A DNA stretch of 64,000 bases from an uncultured Pelagibacteraceae bacterium (GCA_902612345.1 CACMDE010000002.1:96769-160768), one strand, 5' to 3'; positions 50,147 through 60,128 are shown, counted from the first letter of the stretch. The notes: generated by a model from the letters alone, not told the origin. Numbers and translations: made by a program.

Positions 50147-52041
50147 TAACCTTTTCCTCTCCATGGAATTGTTTTATCTATTATTTTTCTAATTGTAATA
50201 TCAAATAAAAGACCCAACATACCCATAACAAATATTGTTATCCAAATAACTTCGTATTGCATATATTTTCTTGCTACATTTTCAACAAAACCAATTCCAG
50301 TTGTACCTGCTAAAAATTCTGCAGCAACCAAAGTTCCCCAGCACATTCCAACAGCAACTCTTATTCCTGTTAAAATTTCGGGAAGCGAATTTGGAAAAAT
50401 TACTTCTCTAAGAATTTGCCATCTTGATGCTCCAAGAGAATGGGCAGCATGTATTTTAGATAATTGTGTGCCCGAAGCACCAGCTCTTGCAGAAATGATC
50501 ATTATTGATAATGAAACCATAAATAAAAGAAAGATTTTTCCTACGTTATCAATTCCAAAAACAGTAATTACAAGAGGGGCCCATGCTAATGGTGGAACAG
50601 GTCTATATAATTCAACTAAAGGGTCAAAAAATCCTTTAGCAAATCTATTTAATCCCATAAAAATTCCAAGTGGAACACCTAAAATAATTCCAAAGACTAA
50701 ACCTAAAAAAACTCTTAAAAATGAGTCCCATATATGGCCAACTGGCACTGGTATTTTAAACGCCTCAAAGTTTCCAGTAACAATATCTAAAACTTTACTT
50801 TTAAAATTTGGTTTTACTTGTCCATCTGAACTATGAATTGGATATTTCCCAGGAATTATATCAGCTATCCAGTCCGGAAGTATAAATCCAACTATTTTAT
50901 TAACACCCATCATTTCATACCAAAACATTGGAACAAATTTAAATCCTACACTTGGTTTGAGCATGTCTGCAAAAATTCTAAATGTATCTGACGGCTTCGG
51001 TAACCATCTTCCCGGTCCATCCTCTGCGCAAGTAGGTCCACTACTAACAATTGTTCCTCCAGGAAAGAGTAATGCATCTTTAGTAGCAATAGAGCCTTGC
51101 TCTTTCTTTTGAACATTATCAAAATTTCTTACAGCTTGCTCAAATTGCACAAGTGTAGTTGGTGGAAATATGCTCGCAAACTGAATTCTTTTATTTAATT
51201 TATTAATTTCCTTTAGTAAGGTTATTTCTAATTCTTGATTATCATTTAATTTATCTCGATGATTTTTAATGTCTGATTTTATGTCATTTGTTAACAACTT
51301 ATATTGTGGATTATGATTTCTTATTTGAAAAAATTCATCACTAATTAATGTTAATTCCTCTGCAGCTTTATGATATTTAAGACCTAATTTTGTTTCAGGT
51401 AATGGAGGTATTTCCATTCCTGTTGCTCCCCATCCAAGCTGTTTACTTAAACCTTCATTTAATATTCTTTCTTCATCTAAAGCTAATGCTGGTGGAAAGT
51501 TATTGGTTGGAAAAACATTTGTTAAATTGTTTATCCTATCAGTTAATTTATTGATTGTATTTTTTGTTTCAAATTCTAAATATTTTTCGTTAGTTAAATA
51601 GGGTATCGATAATTTGATTTTTTCTAAAATATTTATGTAAGTATTTTTATCAACTTCACTTAAATTTGGATTTGAAGATATTTCAGATATATAATTTTGA
51701 ATATTTTCATTTTCTCTATGAATTATAGCTGTACTTTTATGTTGTCTTTCATCAATGGGAAAAAGATATTTAAGAGAAAGCATGGATTCTCTTACTTTTG
51801 CCACTTGACAGATTTCATTTGCAGATTTTGGATAAAAAGCTTTTGCAATATCCCATGAATAATAAAGCCATAGAAATAATAAAAAACTACTTCCAACAAC
51901 AACCCAGTGAATACCACCTTTAGATCTCTCTGGATTTCCAAAAACAGCATCAGACTTTTCTGTTTTAATTAATCTTTGTCCATATAAAATTGCACCTATA
52001 ACAGCAAATATAATTAAAAATGTAAGACTTGATATTATCAC
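50146..52041 (-). CDS. tauC: Taurine ABC transporter permease with long N-terminal extension
   Basis: C-terminal HIWDSFLRV, YRPVPPLAW, LPEILTGIRVAVGMCWGTLVAAE; about 430 extra N-terminal residues. Confidence 0.85.
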   Translation of the reverse strand: MIISSLTFLIIFAVIGAILYGQRLIKTEKSDAVFGNPERSKGGIHWVVVGSSFLLFLWLYYSWDIAKAFYPKSANEICQVAKVRESMLSLKYLFPIDERQHKSTAIIHRENENIQNYISEISSNPNLSEVDKNTYINILEKIKLSIPYLTNEKYLEFETKNTINKLTDRINNLTNVFPTNNFPPALALDEERILNEGLSKQLGWGATGMEIPPLPETKLGLKYHKAAEELTLISDEFFQIRNHNPQYKLLTNDIKSDIKNHRDKLNDNQELEITLLKEINKLNKRIQFASIFPPTTLVQFEQAVRNFDNVQKKEQGSIATKDALLFPGGTIVSSGPTCAEDGPGRWLPKPSDTFRIFADMLKPSVGFKFVPMFWYEMMGVNKIVGFILPDWIADIIPGKYPIHSSDGQVKPNFKSKVLDIVTGNFEAFKIPVPVGHIWDSFLRVFLGLVFGIILGVPLGIFMGLNRFAKGFFDPLVELYRPVPPLAWAPLVITVFGIDNVGKIFLLFMVSLSIMIISARAGASGTQLSKIHAAHSLGASRWQILREVIFPNSLPEILTGIRVAVGMCWGTLVAAEFLAGTTGIGFVENVARKYMQYEVIWITIFVMGMLGLLFDITIRKIIDKTIPWRGKG

Positions 52042-52838
52042 CCTGCTTCTTTACCCATTATTTCTTCTTCCATATTCCAAATCATTGATAAAATTTCCTC
52101 TCTTTTTGAAACGAATTCTTTATCATTTTTAATTTCTCTTAAATCTTGATTTAATCCTTTTGATGCGAAGGGGAGTTTATATTCTTTGTGTATTCTTCCT
52201 GGCCTTGGAGCCATCACATATACTCTCTCTCCAAGTAAAAGAGCTTCTTCAACTGAATGTGTAATTAAGATAATTGTTTTTCCTGTTTCTTTCCAAATCT
52301 TTAGAACTAGTGATTGCATTTTTTCTCTTGTCAAAGCATCTAATGCACCTAGTGGCTCATCCATTAAAATTAATTCTGGGTCGTTAATTAAACATCTTGC
52401 AAGAGCTACTCTTTGCTGCATTCCACCAGATAATTGATACGTTGGTGTATTTCCAAATCCTTTAAGACCTACGATTTCTAACCATTCCTCAACTTTTTTT
52501 TCTGTTGTTTTTTGATCGACCTTTTTCATCCTTAATCCAAAATTTACATTTTGGGCAACAGTTAACCATTCAAACAAAGCACCTTGCTGAAATACCATTC
52601 CTCTTTCAACTCCTGGTCCATTAATTTCATTTCCACCTAATGTAATTTTGCCTGAAGTGGGTCTTAAAAATCCAGCAGTAATATTTAACAATGTTGTTTT
52701 TCCACATCCTGAAGGACCAAGAACTGTTAAGAGTTCACCTTTTTTCAATTTGAATGTTACGTCTTTAAGAGCATGAACAGTTTCTCCTTTTGGAGATCTA
52801 AATACCATGTTTAAATCTTGAGAAACTAAATCACTCAT
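52038..52838 (-). CDS. tauB: Taurine ABC transporter ATP-binding subunit
   Basis: GPSGCGKTTLLN, ERGMVFQ, LSGGMQQRVALAR, MDEPLGALDALTRE. Confidence 0.88.
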   Translation of the reverse strand: MSDLVSQDLNMVFRSPKGETVHALKDVTFKLKKGELLTVLGPSGCGKTTLLNITAGFLRPTSGKITLGGNEINGPGVERGMVFQQGALFEWLTVAQNVNFGLRMKKVDQKTTEKKVEEWLEIVGLKGFGNTPTYQLSGGMQQRVALARCLINDPELILMDEPLGALDALTREKMQSLVLKIWKETGKTIILITHSVEEALLLGERVYVMAPRPGRIHKEYKLPFASKGLNQDLREIKNDKEFVSKREEILSMIWNMEEEIMGKEAG

Positions 52839-52862
52839 GTGGACAATATATTAGAATTTTAT

Positions 52863-52900
52863 AAAAAAAATAGGCACCAATTTTAATAATTGGCGCCTAT
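52863..52900 (-). terminator. Terminator-like hairpin after tauA
   Basis: Minus strand ATAGGCGCCAATT-loop-AATTGGTGCCTAT followed by a T-tract. Confidence 0.75.
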
Positions 52901-52918
52901 CAATTTTTATTTACCCGA

Positions 52919-53905
52919 TTATAAACCTGGCAAGTAATCTGTTGTAACTACTTTTGAGTAGTCTTTTAGAGCAGGATTTTCTGCAGTTGCAAACATATTA
53001 CCCATTACATCAAGGTATTTCATTAAAATACCACCTTTATTCATGTATTTAGATTTAATTGTATTTGCATCTGGAAACTCAAATCCACTCATTTGACCTT
53101 TAGTTGCATCAAGACTCATTCCTGCGTCTTTTGCAATTATGTTCATGTTTGATTTTCCAGCTCTGTGATTAGCATTTGCTTCATGAGTTACTTCAATAAA
53201 AGTAGAAACCATTCCTGGATTTTCTTTTAAGAATTTGTTTGTAACCGAAACAACATCAATACCAGCGATACCTGCAGCTTTAGCCTCATCAACTGTTAAT
53301 ACTCTTTTTCCAACTTCAAGAGCCTTTTCAATTGAAGCACCACCAAATAAACATGCCATTGCAACGTCACCGTTAACAATTGCAGCTGAACCATCTTCAG
53401 GGTTCATATCGATTACTTGCATAGCATCAGCGTTTGCACCGACTGCTTTCATTGTTTCTCTGAATACGTAATCAGCCATTGTTCCTAGAGGAACCGCAAC
53501 TTTTTTACCTTCTAATTCAGAAGCATTAGATTTTGTAATACCAGATGAATTAGCAACTACACAAGTAGTACCACCCATTCCATATAATACAGCAACGTCT
53601 ACCAATTTAATTGGAGCTTTAGCGTTTACAGCGTTTACAAACGGAGTAAGACCTTGCGAGTATGAAATATCTATATCACCAGAAAGCATAGCTTCCGTCA
53701 TTTCACCACCAGTTGCAAAGTTTGTCCATTTTACTGGTACACCAAAAGCTTTATCAAAAGTTTTTTTAACTTTAGCTTCTTGGTTTGGAGTTGCCCACTC
53801 TAAGAAAAATGCAATCCTAACTTCATTCGCTGCAGAAAATGCAGACGAAATCATCAAGTTAAGAGCAAAAATACTTCCTAGAATAAAACTAATAATTTTT
53901 CTCAT
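52919..53905 (-). CDS. tauA: Taurine ABC transporter substrate-binding protein
   Basis: Signal peptide, FLEWATPN, GDIDISYSQGLTPF, GKKVAVPLGTMA; divergent from an aminotransferase and ald. Confidence 0.82.
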   Translation of the reverse strand: MRKIISFILGSIFALNLMISSAFSAANEVRIAFFLEWATPNQEAKVKKTFDKAFGVPVKWTNFATGGEMTEAMLSGDIDISYSQGLTPFVNAVNAKAPIKLVDVAVLYGMGGTTCVVANSSGITKSNASELEGKKVAVPLGTMADYVFRETMKAVGANADAMQVIDMNPEDGSAAIVNGDVAMACLFGGASIEKALEVGKRVLTVDEAKAAGIAGIDVVSVTNKFLKENPGMVSTFIEVTHEANANHRAGKSNMNIIAKDAGMSLDATKGQMSGFEFPDANTIKSKYMNKGGILMKYLDVMGNMFATAENPALKDYSKVVTTDYLPGL

Positions 53906-54123
53906 TTATTCTCCTCTTTATTGTTTAAATTAAATTTAATTTATAAACGTAAGTAAAAATCAATTTTGAAACAATGTAAATGATAGAATTAGGATGCGTT
54001 CAAAATGAGTGTTGCTATAAATTTTATTTCAATTATAGGTTGAAGTAAATTATGAGTGATTTATTAGTGCAAAAAAGAATATTTTAGTCTATTCATTCAG
54101 AATTAACAGTTAGAAAAAAAATT

Positions 54124-55464
54124 ATGAGTTCAAAACCATCAGTACCTAATTCCCTAAATGAACATTGGATGCCATTTAGCTCTAATAAAGATTTCAAAGC
54201 CAATCCAAGATTAATTGTTGAAGCAAAAGGTGTTTATTTAAAAAATCATCAAGGACAAACCCAAATAGACGCGAGTTCCGGATTATTTTGTAATCCATTA
54301 GGACATGGCAGACAAGAAATTATTGATGCAATTACTAAACAATTACAAACCTTAGATTATGCACAACCCTTTCAACAAGGATTTGGCGGTTCATTCGAAT
54401 TAGCAACTAGAATTTCTAAACACACTCCAGGAAATTTGAATAGAATGTTTTATACAATCTGTGGATCAACTGCTGTCGAAACTGCAATTAAAATTGCAAT
54501 TGCTTATCATAGAGCAAGAGGTGATAGCCAAAGATTTAGATTCGTTGGTCGAGAGAGAGGTTACCATGGAATGAATATTGGAGCCACTTCAGTTGGAGGA
54601 ATGGTTAATAACGTTAAAACTTTTGCAAGTGTTTTAATGCCAGGCGTAGTTCATATGAGACATACACATTTACCTGAACATAAATTTATATCTGGCCAAC
54701 CAGAAACAGGAGTTGAGTTAGCTGAAGATTTAGAAAGAATTTGTACAAATTTTGGAGCAGAGAATATAGCCGCATGTATTGTTGAACCAATAGCAGGATC
54801 AACTGGAACACTGGTTCCACCGAAGGGTTATTTGCAAAGATTAAGAGAGATATGTGATAAACACGGAATACTTTTAATTTTTGATGAAGTAATTACAGGA
54901 TGGGGCAGAACCGGTTCTCCATTTGCATCTCAAGAGTACGGTGTTACTCCTGATTTGATTACCATGGCTAAAGCGACAACTAATGGAATTAGCCCAATGG
55001 GAGTTGTTGCATGCAAAGAGGAAATTTATGATGCAATAGTTGATAATGCACCAAAAGGTTCAATTGAATTATTTCATGGATATACTTATTCAGGAATTCC
55101 AATATCAGTTGCAGCAGCATTAGCCGTACAAGATATATTTGAAAAAGATGATATTTTTAATAGAGCAAAAAACTTAGCTCCATATTTTCAGGAGGGTTTG
55201 TTTTCATTAAAAGATATCGATGTTGTAGATAATATTAGAGGATATGGAATGATGGGTGGAATTGATATCAAAATGGATAAAAAACCTGGCGCAGCAGGAT
55301 TTACATGTTTCAAACATTGTTACGAGGCAGGAGTAAACTTCAAAGCAACAGGTGACTGTCTAATAATTGCACCGATGTTTATTTGTGAAAAAAAACATAT
55401 TGATGAAATTATAGAAAAACTCAGAACAGGTATTACTAACTATTCAAAATCAAAAAAAAATTAG
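54124..55464 (+). CDS. Class III omega-amino acid:pyruvate aminotransferase (probable taurine/beta-alanine transaminase)
   Basis: HWMPFSSN, RERGYHG, IFDEVITGWGRTG, TMAK PLP-Lys, FHGYTYSG. Confidence 0.85.
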   Translation: MSSKPSVPNSLNEHWMPFSSNKDFKANPRLIVEAKGVYLKNHQGQTQIDASSGLFCNPLGHGRQEIIDAITKQLQTLDYAQPFQQGFGGSFELATRISKHTPGNLNRMFYTICGSTAVETAIKIAIAYHRARGDSQRFRFVGRERGYHGMNIGATSVGGMVNNVKTFASVLMPGVVHMRHTHLPEHKFISGQPETGVELAEDLERICTNFGAENIAACIVEPIAGSTGTLVPPKGYLQRLREICDKHGILLIFDEVITGWGRTGSPFASQEYGVTPDLITMAKATTNGISPMGVVACKEEIYDAIVDNAPKGSIELFHGYTYSGIPISVAAALAVQDIFEKDDIFNRAKNLAPYFQEGLFSLKDIDVVDNIRGYGMMGGIDIKMDKKPGAAGFTCFKHCYEAGVNFKATGDCLIIAPMFICEKKHIDEIIEKLRTGITNYSKSKKN

Positions 55465-55470
55465 TTCCTA

Positions 55471-56583
55471 ATGAAAATTGGCGTTCCTAAGGAAATTAAA
55501 CCGCAAGAAAATAGAATTGGCTTAACTCCAGATAGTGTAAAACAATTAACTTCAAATGGTCACGAAGTACTAGTTGAAAATAATGGAGGTTTTGAAGCGG
55601 GCTTTGAAAATGAACATTATATAAATGCTGGTGCAAAAATTATAGATAAAGCAGAAGATATTTATAATGATGCAGAAATTATTGTAAAAGTAAAAGAACC
55701 TTTATCAAATGAAGTAAAAATGATCAGAGAAAATCAAATAGTTTTTACATATTTGCATTTGGCAGCAGCAAAAGAATTGACTGAGGGATTGGTTAAAAGT
55801 AAATCAATTTGTATCGCTTATGAAACAGTTACAGACAATAATGGAAGGCTTCCTTTATTAGCACCAATGAGTGCTGTTGCAGGTAGAATGTCTGTTCAAG
55901 CAGGAGCACATTGTTTAGAAAAAAATCAAAAAGGTAGAGGAGTATTATTAGGGGGAGCTCCAGGAGGTGACCCAGCAAATGTATTAATTCTTGGTGGTGG
56001 TGTAGTAGGAGAAAATGCTGCAATCATAGCTACAGGAATGAGAGCAAAAGTACATATTGTCGACAAGTCTGAAGCAAGACTAAAACAACTAGTTCAAATT
56101 TTTGGTGATAAAATTATTCCAGAACAAGGTGATAAAACAGATCTAAATAAATTGGTTGCTGAAGCAGATTTATTAGTTGGTGGAGTTTTGATTCCTGGCG
56201 CTGAAGCTCCTAAATTAGTTACTAAAGATATGCTTAAAATAATGAAAAGGGGATCAGTAATTGTTGATGTAGCAATTGATCAAGGTGGTTGTGTTGAAAC
56301 AAGTAAACCGACAACACATGGAGATCCTACTTATATAGTAGATGATGTAGTTCATTACTGTGTAGCAAATATGCCAGGTGGAGTTCCAAGAACTTCAACT
56401 TTCGCATTAAATCAAGCAACACTTCCTTATTTAATAAAATTAGCAAACAAGGGTTATCAAAAAGCCTTAAAGGATGATAAAAACTTCTTAGCAGGTTTAA
56501 ATGTTTGCAAAGGCGAAGTAACGCATAAAGCTGTTGCTGATACTTTTGGATTTAATTTTACGACTGCTTCCCAAGTAATTTAA
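55471..56583 (+). CDS. ald: Alanine dehydrogenase
   Basis: MKIGVPKEIKPQENR, FTYLHLAA, LPLLAPMSAVAGR, DVAIDQGGC, HYCVANMPG. Confidence 0.96.
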   Translation: MKIGVPKEIKPQENRIGLTPDSVKQLTSNGHEVLVENNGGFEAGFENEHYINAGAKIIDKAEDIYNDAEIIVKVKEPLSNEVKMIRENQIVFTYLHLAAAKELTEGLVKSKSICIAYETVTDNNGRLPLLAPMSAVAGRMSVQAGAHCLEKNQKGRGVLLGGAPGGDPANVLILGGGVVGENAAIIATGMRAKVHIVDKSEARLKQLVQIFGDKIIPEQGDKTDLNKLVAEADLLVGGVLIPGAEAPKLVTKDMLKIMKRGSVIVDVAIDQGGCVETSKPTTHGDPTYIVDDVVHYCVANMPGGVPRTSTFALNQATLPYLIKLANKGYQKALKDDKNFLAGLNVCKGEVTHKAVADTFGFNFTTASQVI

Positions 56584-56783
56584 TGAAAAAATATAAATCT
56601 ATAATTTTTATATTAGTGGCGTTAGCACTCTTGTATTTAGCTAAAGATAAATATAGTTCATTCAATATTAGCAAGAGTATACAGGCTTGTTTAATGGGTC
56701 AAAAAAAATTGAATCCAGATTTAACCAAAGAAGAAGCTGAAAAGATTTGTGTAAATTATGTAAAAGAACAAGTTGGTAAATAA
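56583..56783 (+). CDS. Small membrane-anchored hypothetical protein with two Cys
   Basis: N-terminal TM, AC...EEAEKIC; TAATG-coupled to ald. Confidence 0.7.
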   Translation: MKKYKSIIFILVALALLYLAKDKYSSFNISKSIQACLMGQKKLNPDLTKEEAEKICVNYVKEQVGK

Positions 56784-56786
56784 TAA

Positions 56787-58043
56787 TTATTTTAATTTAA
56801 AAATATTACTTTCTTTTGAAACAGCAAAAAAAATTGAAAAGTTAATCCAAAAAAGTGTTGAATTAAAATCTGTAAAAAAAGATCCAGAAGGTATTAAGGG
56901 TAAAAAGATTGATACCAAGTAGCAGAAACAGGCAATTTGAATATTATTACGATTTAAAATTATAATCTTTAACATTTTAAAGAATACAAAGATGAATAAA
57001 CTTAAAACAATTATGGTTCCAAATAAACCATGCTCTGATAAAAATTCTAAATATATCTGATGTGGGTGAGTATCAATTATAAATTTATTTTTATCTTCTG
57101 TATTTCTTAATTCTTTACTTCTTTTTTCAGAATATTTTCTATAATTTTTTGTACCTACTCCAAAAATTTTATTTTCAGAAAAAACGTGATAACCTGATTT
57201 ATATAAGTAAAAGTAAAGATTATCTTTTATTTCTATCTGTCCATCTTTAATTGAAATGAAATTAATTAAATAACTATATCTGTCTAATTTTAAATAACTT
57301 GATGAGGATAAAACTACAGTAATTACTAAAGAGAATAAAATTAAAATATAAAGAATATTTTTTTTGGTAATTTCTTTTGAAAGAAATAAAAAAATACTTG
57401 CTCCAAATATTGCCTTTAAAAAGTTTGATCTTTCACCTGTTAAAAAAATTAATAAAATTGAGGTTAAAAAAAAAGTTAAAAAGTATACTTTTTTATATTT
57501 TGAATTTTTATTATTTAAAAAGTTTGAAGAAATTATCAGAAAAAAACCTGCTAAGTAAGCTCCAACTATAGCCTCATCTTTGAAAAAACTTATTATTCTT
57601 GGTCCTAACGCTTCATCTTTATCTCCCCAACCAAATATATTCGCACCAAATACAACTTCATAATAACTATCGAAGATTAATATAGATAATATAATTAGCC
57701 AGAATTTAAATATATTATTTTTATTTTTAAGTTTGATAAATAAATAATTAATAGCAAAGAACAATAGAATAAATCTAATAAAACCTAAATTCCTACTATA
57801 CGAGTTTTCAAATTCTATACCAAGAAATGTATTAAAAATAAGATAAATAAATAATATTAAAAAAAAATTTATTAAATAATTATTTTGAAAGACAAAATCA
57901 TTTTTTCTAATCCAAATAATTAAAAATAAAATTGAAATTAAAATAATACTTATAAGGGAAACCGTAGGTCCAATTATTATCGACAAAGGCAAAAAGCATA
58001 ATAAATAATAAATAAGATTATAGCTAAATTTATCTTGTACCAT
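56787..58043 (-). CDS. O-antigen ligase (WaaL/Wzy_C) family protein
   Basis: RIISFFKDE, LTGERS, FGVGTKNYR, HPHQIYLEFLSEHGLFG. Confidence 0.88.
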   Translation of the reverse strand: MVQDKFSYNLIYYLLCFLPLSIIIGPTVSLISIILISILFLIIWIRKNDFVFQNNYLINFFLILFIYLIFNTFLGIEFENSYSRNLGFIRFILLFFAINYLFIKLKNKNNIFKFWLIILSILIFDSYYEVVFGANIFGWGDKDEALGPRIISFFKDEAIVGAYLAGFFLIISSNFLNNKNSKYKKVYFLTFFLTSILLIFLTGERSNFLKAIFGASIFLFLSKEITKKNILYILILFSLVITVVLSSSSYLKLDRYSYLINFISIKDGQIEIKDNLYFYLYKSGYHVFSENKIFGVGTKNYRKYSEKRSKELRNTEDKNKFIIDTHPHQIYLEFLSEHGLFGTIIVLSLFIFVFFKMLKIIILNRNNIQIACFCYLVSIFLPLIPSGSFFTDFNSTLFWINFSIFFAVSKESNIFKLK

Positions 58044-58175
58044 TAAAAAAACTTTTATTATTTTTTTACTATAATTACAATTAACTTAGAAACGTTAACT
58101 GAATAATGTAATAAAAATTTGCTTTAATAACATATATATTGATTTAAAAATAGAATTATTAAATAATAGTTCTAT

Positions 58176-58634
58176 ATGAAAAATATCTTAATAATTATTT
58201 TTATTACTTTATTTTATACTTTGAATGTTAATGCATCATTTTTAAATGTTACAATTGATTACAATAAGAACTCAAACTGTAAACTTGATAAGCAGATTTT
58301 AAAAAATGAGATTTATGATTATAAGGAATTTACTGCAGATCAAATCAAAGAAAACCAAGATAGAAAAATAAATATTAGTGCAATTAAATCTCAAGAGCTT
58401 AAAATTATTGGTTTATCTGATTTTTTTACAAACACTCCTAATGGTGCAATTTTTGATACCCAAATTTTGAAGGATAATACAATTTTACTACGAGTGTTAT
58501 CTAATGATGAAAAATATTCTGAATCTGTTTTTATTAATAAATCTTCTGGTGAAATGCTTCATGAAATTACAACAAATATAAATACTGAGAATCAGGGAAA
58601 AGAAATTTCTTTTTATACATGTGATATGAGTTAA
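58176..58634 (+). CDS. Secreted hypothetical protein
   Basis: Signal peptide, early Cys, terminal FYTC. Confidence 0.7.
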   Translation: MKNILIIIFITLFYTLNVNASFLNVTIDYNKNSNCKLDKQILKNEIYDYKEFTADQIKENQDRKINISAIKSQELKIIGLSDFFTNTPNGAIFDTQILKDNTILLRVLSNDEKYSESVFINKSSGEMLHEITTNINTENQGKEISFYTCDMS

Positions 58635-58642
58635 AAAAATTT

Positions 58643-58657
58643 TGATAATGATTATCA
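58643..58657. promoter_or_regulatory. Perfect 7-1-7 Fur-type box
   Basis: TGATAAT-G-ATTATCA, an exact palindrome matching the classical Fur consensus. Confidence 0.8.
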
Positions 58658-58691
58658 TTATTATTTTTTTTCCAGTAAAATTATTTTTTTT

Positions 58692-58706
58692 TGAGAATGA
58701 TTATCA
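58692..58706. promoter_or_regulatory. Second Fur-type box
   Basis: TGAGAAT-G-ATTATCA, the exact reverse complement of the box at 26144-26158 upstream of fbpA. Confidence 0.8.
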
Positions 58707-58756
58707 TTCAAACAAAAATTTCTTGAATTAAATTTTCAAATATTTATTAAATTCTT

Positions 58757-58939
58757 ATGGATATACAAACTTATAACTGTAAAAAATGTGGTTTAACTAT
58801 TTCATCTACATGTTCTAAGTGTGATAGAGTTGTAGATGTTAAAGTTATGGATGATGGTTGTTTAGTACAAGTTACTAAATGTGGAGATTGTGCAAATGTC
58901 CCAGTAATTAAAGATATTTGTGCTGTTCAAAACAAGTAA
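58757..58939 (+). CDS. Cys-rich microprotein (60 aa, 8 Cys, three CxxC), putative metal-binding
   Basis: CKKC, CSKC, CGDC plus two single Cys; no signal peptide. Confidence 0.75.
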   Translation: MDIQTYNCKKCGLTISSTCSKCDRVVDVKVMDDGCLVQVTKCGDCANVPVIKDICAVQNK

Positions 58940-60091
58940 TTAAAGAACAACTAAATCTAATTTCTGTTTACCCAATCTTTCACTGCCTTGTTCTGTAACA
59001 AGGTATGTTTCTCCAAGATTCATTGCTAATTGATTTTCCGAGTTCATTAATATCATATGCATAAAAAATACATTTCCTGGTTCAATAACATATGGGTTGC
59101 CAGTATACAGCATAGGCACATCCATCCAGTTTGGAGAAAAAGTAGTTCCTAAAGAATAACCACAAGCATTCATTCTTGCTTTATTGTAACCAAGATCATC
59201 AAATGTTTTTGCGTGAATATCAAATACTTCACCAATTTTATTTCCTGGCTTTAATTTACTTTCACAATTTTTTAATGCTTCAAGACAAGCTTCGTGCATC
59301 TTGTGATGCTCATCATCAGCTTTACCAATCAGAATAGTTCTAAACATTGCAGAGTGATAGTGCCGATACGTACCAGCCCACTCAATAGTCAATTGATCTG
59401 GATTTTTTAAAACTTGTTTTTCTGCTTGATAGCGACAGAGTAGGGCATTCTTCCCTGAACCAATAATAAATTCATTAGCAGGATAATCTCCACCACTCTC
59501 AAATATTACTCTATTCATTTCAGCTAATATTTTAGACTCACTTACCCCCGCCTTTGCATGTTTCCAAACTTCATCTAAAGCTTTATCAGCAAGTTCTGCA
59601 GCTTTTCTTACGTAAACAATTTCCTCTTTAGACTTAACAACTCTTAACTTTGTAATTAAATCAGATTTATCTTCAATTGAGCAATAGTTTTCTAAAGATT
59701 TATTTAACCTTAAGGCATTTTTTCCTGTTAAACCGTATGCTTCATACTCAACTCCTAATTTTTTTCCTTTAAGATTAAGTTCGTCCAAAATAATTTTAAG
59801 ATCATCGGTTGGATTAGAACCATCTTTATCAATCCAAATTCTAATATCTTCAATATTAGAAGTGTTTTGTGCCTGTCTAAGATCAGGAGCTCTAGTTAGT
59901 AAAATCACATTTCCTTTTTGATCTAAGACTAATGTTTGAAAAAAAACATAACCAAATGTGTCATAACCAGTTAACCAGTACATAGATTCTTGTCTAAACA
60001 TTAGAAGAGCATCTATATTTTGCTCTTTCATCGAATTTAAAACTTTAGATTTTCTTGATTTAAATTCTTCTTGTGAAAAGTGAAGACCCAT
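58940..60091 (-). CDS. M24 family peptidase/hydrolase (Xaa-Pro peptidase or ectoine hydrolase-like)
   Basis: Creatinase-type N-domain (WLTGYD), LRVVKSKEEI, YRHYHSAMFRT, GYSLG, GETYLVTE. Confidence 0.82.
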   Translation of the reverse strand: MGLHFSQEEFKSRKSKVLNSMKEQNIDALLMFRQESMYWLTGYDTFGYVFFQTLVLDQKGNVILLTRAPDLRQAQNTSNIEDIRIWIDKDGSNPTDDLKIILDELNLKGKKLGVEYEAYGLTGKNALRLNKSLENYCSIEDKSDLITKLRVVKSKEEIVYVRKAAELADKALDEVWKHAKAGVSESKILAEMNRVIFESGGDYPANEFIIGSGKNALLCRYQAEKQVLKNPDQLTIEWAGTYRHYHSAMFRTILIGKADDEHHKMHEACLEALKNCESKLKPGNKIGEVFDIHAKTFDDLGYNKARMNACGYSLGTTFSPNWMDVPMLYTGNPYVIEPGNVFFMHMILMNSENQLAMNLGETYLVTEQGSERLGKQKLDLVVL

Positions 60092-60128
60092 GATGTAAAT
60101 ACTATAATTTCAATCAAAAACACATTCA

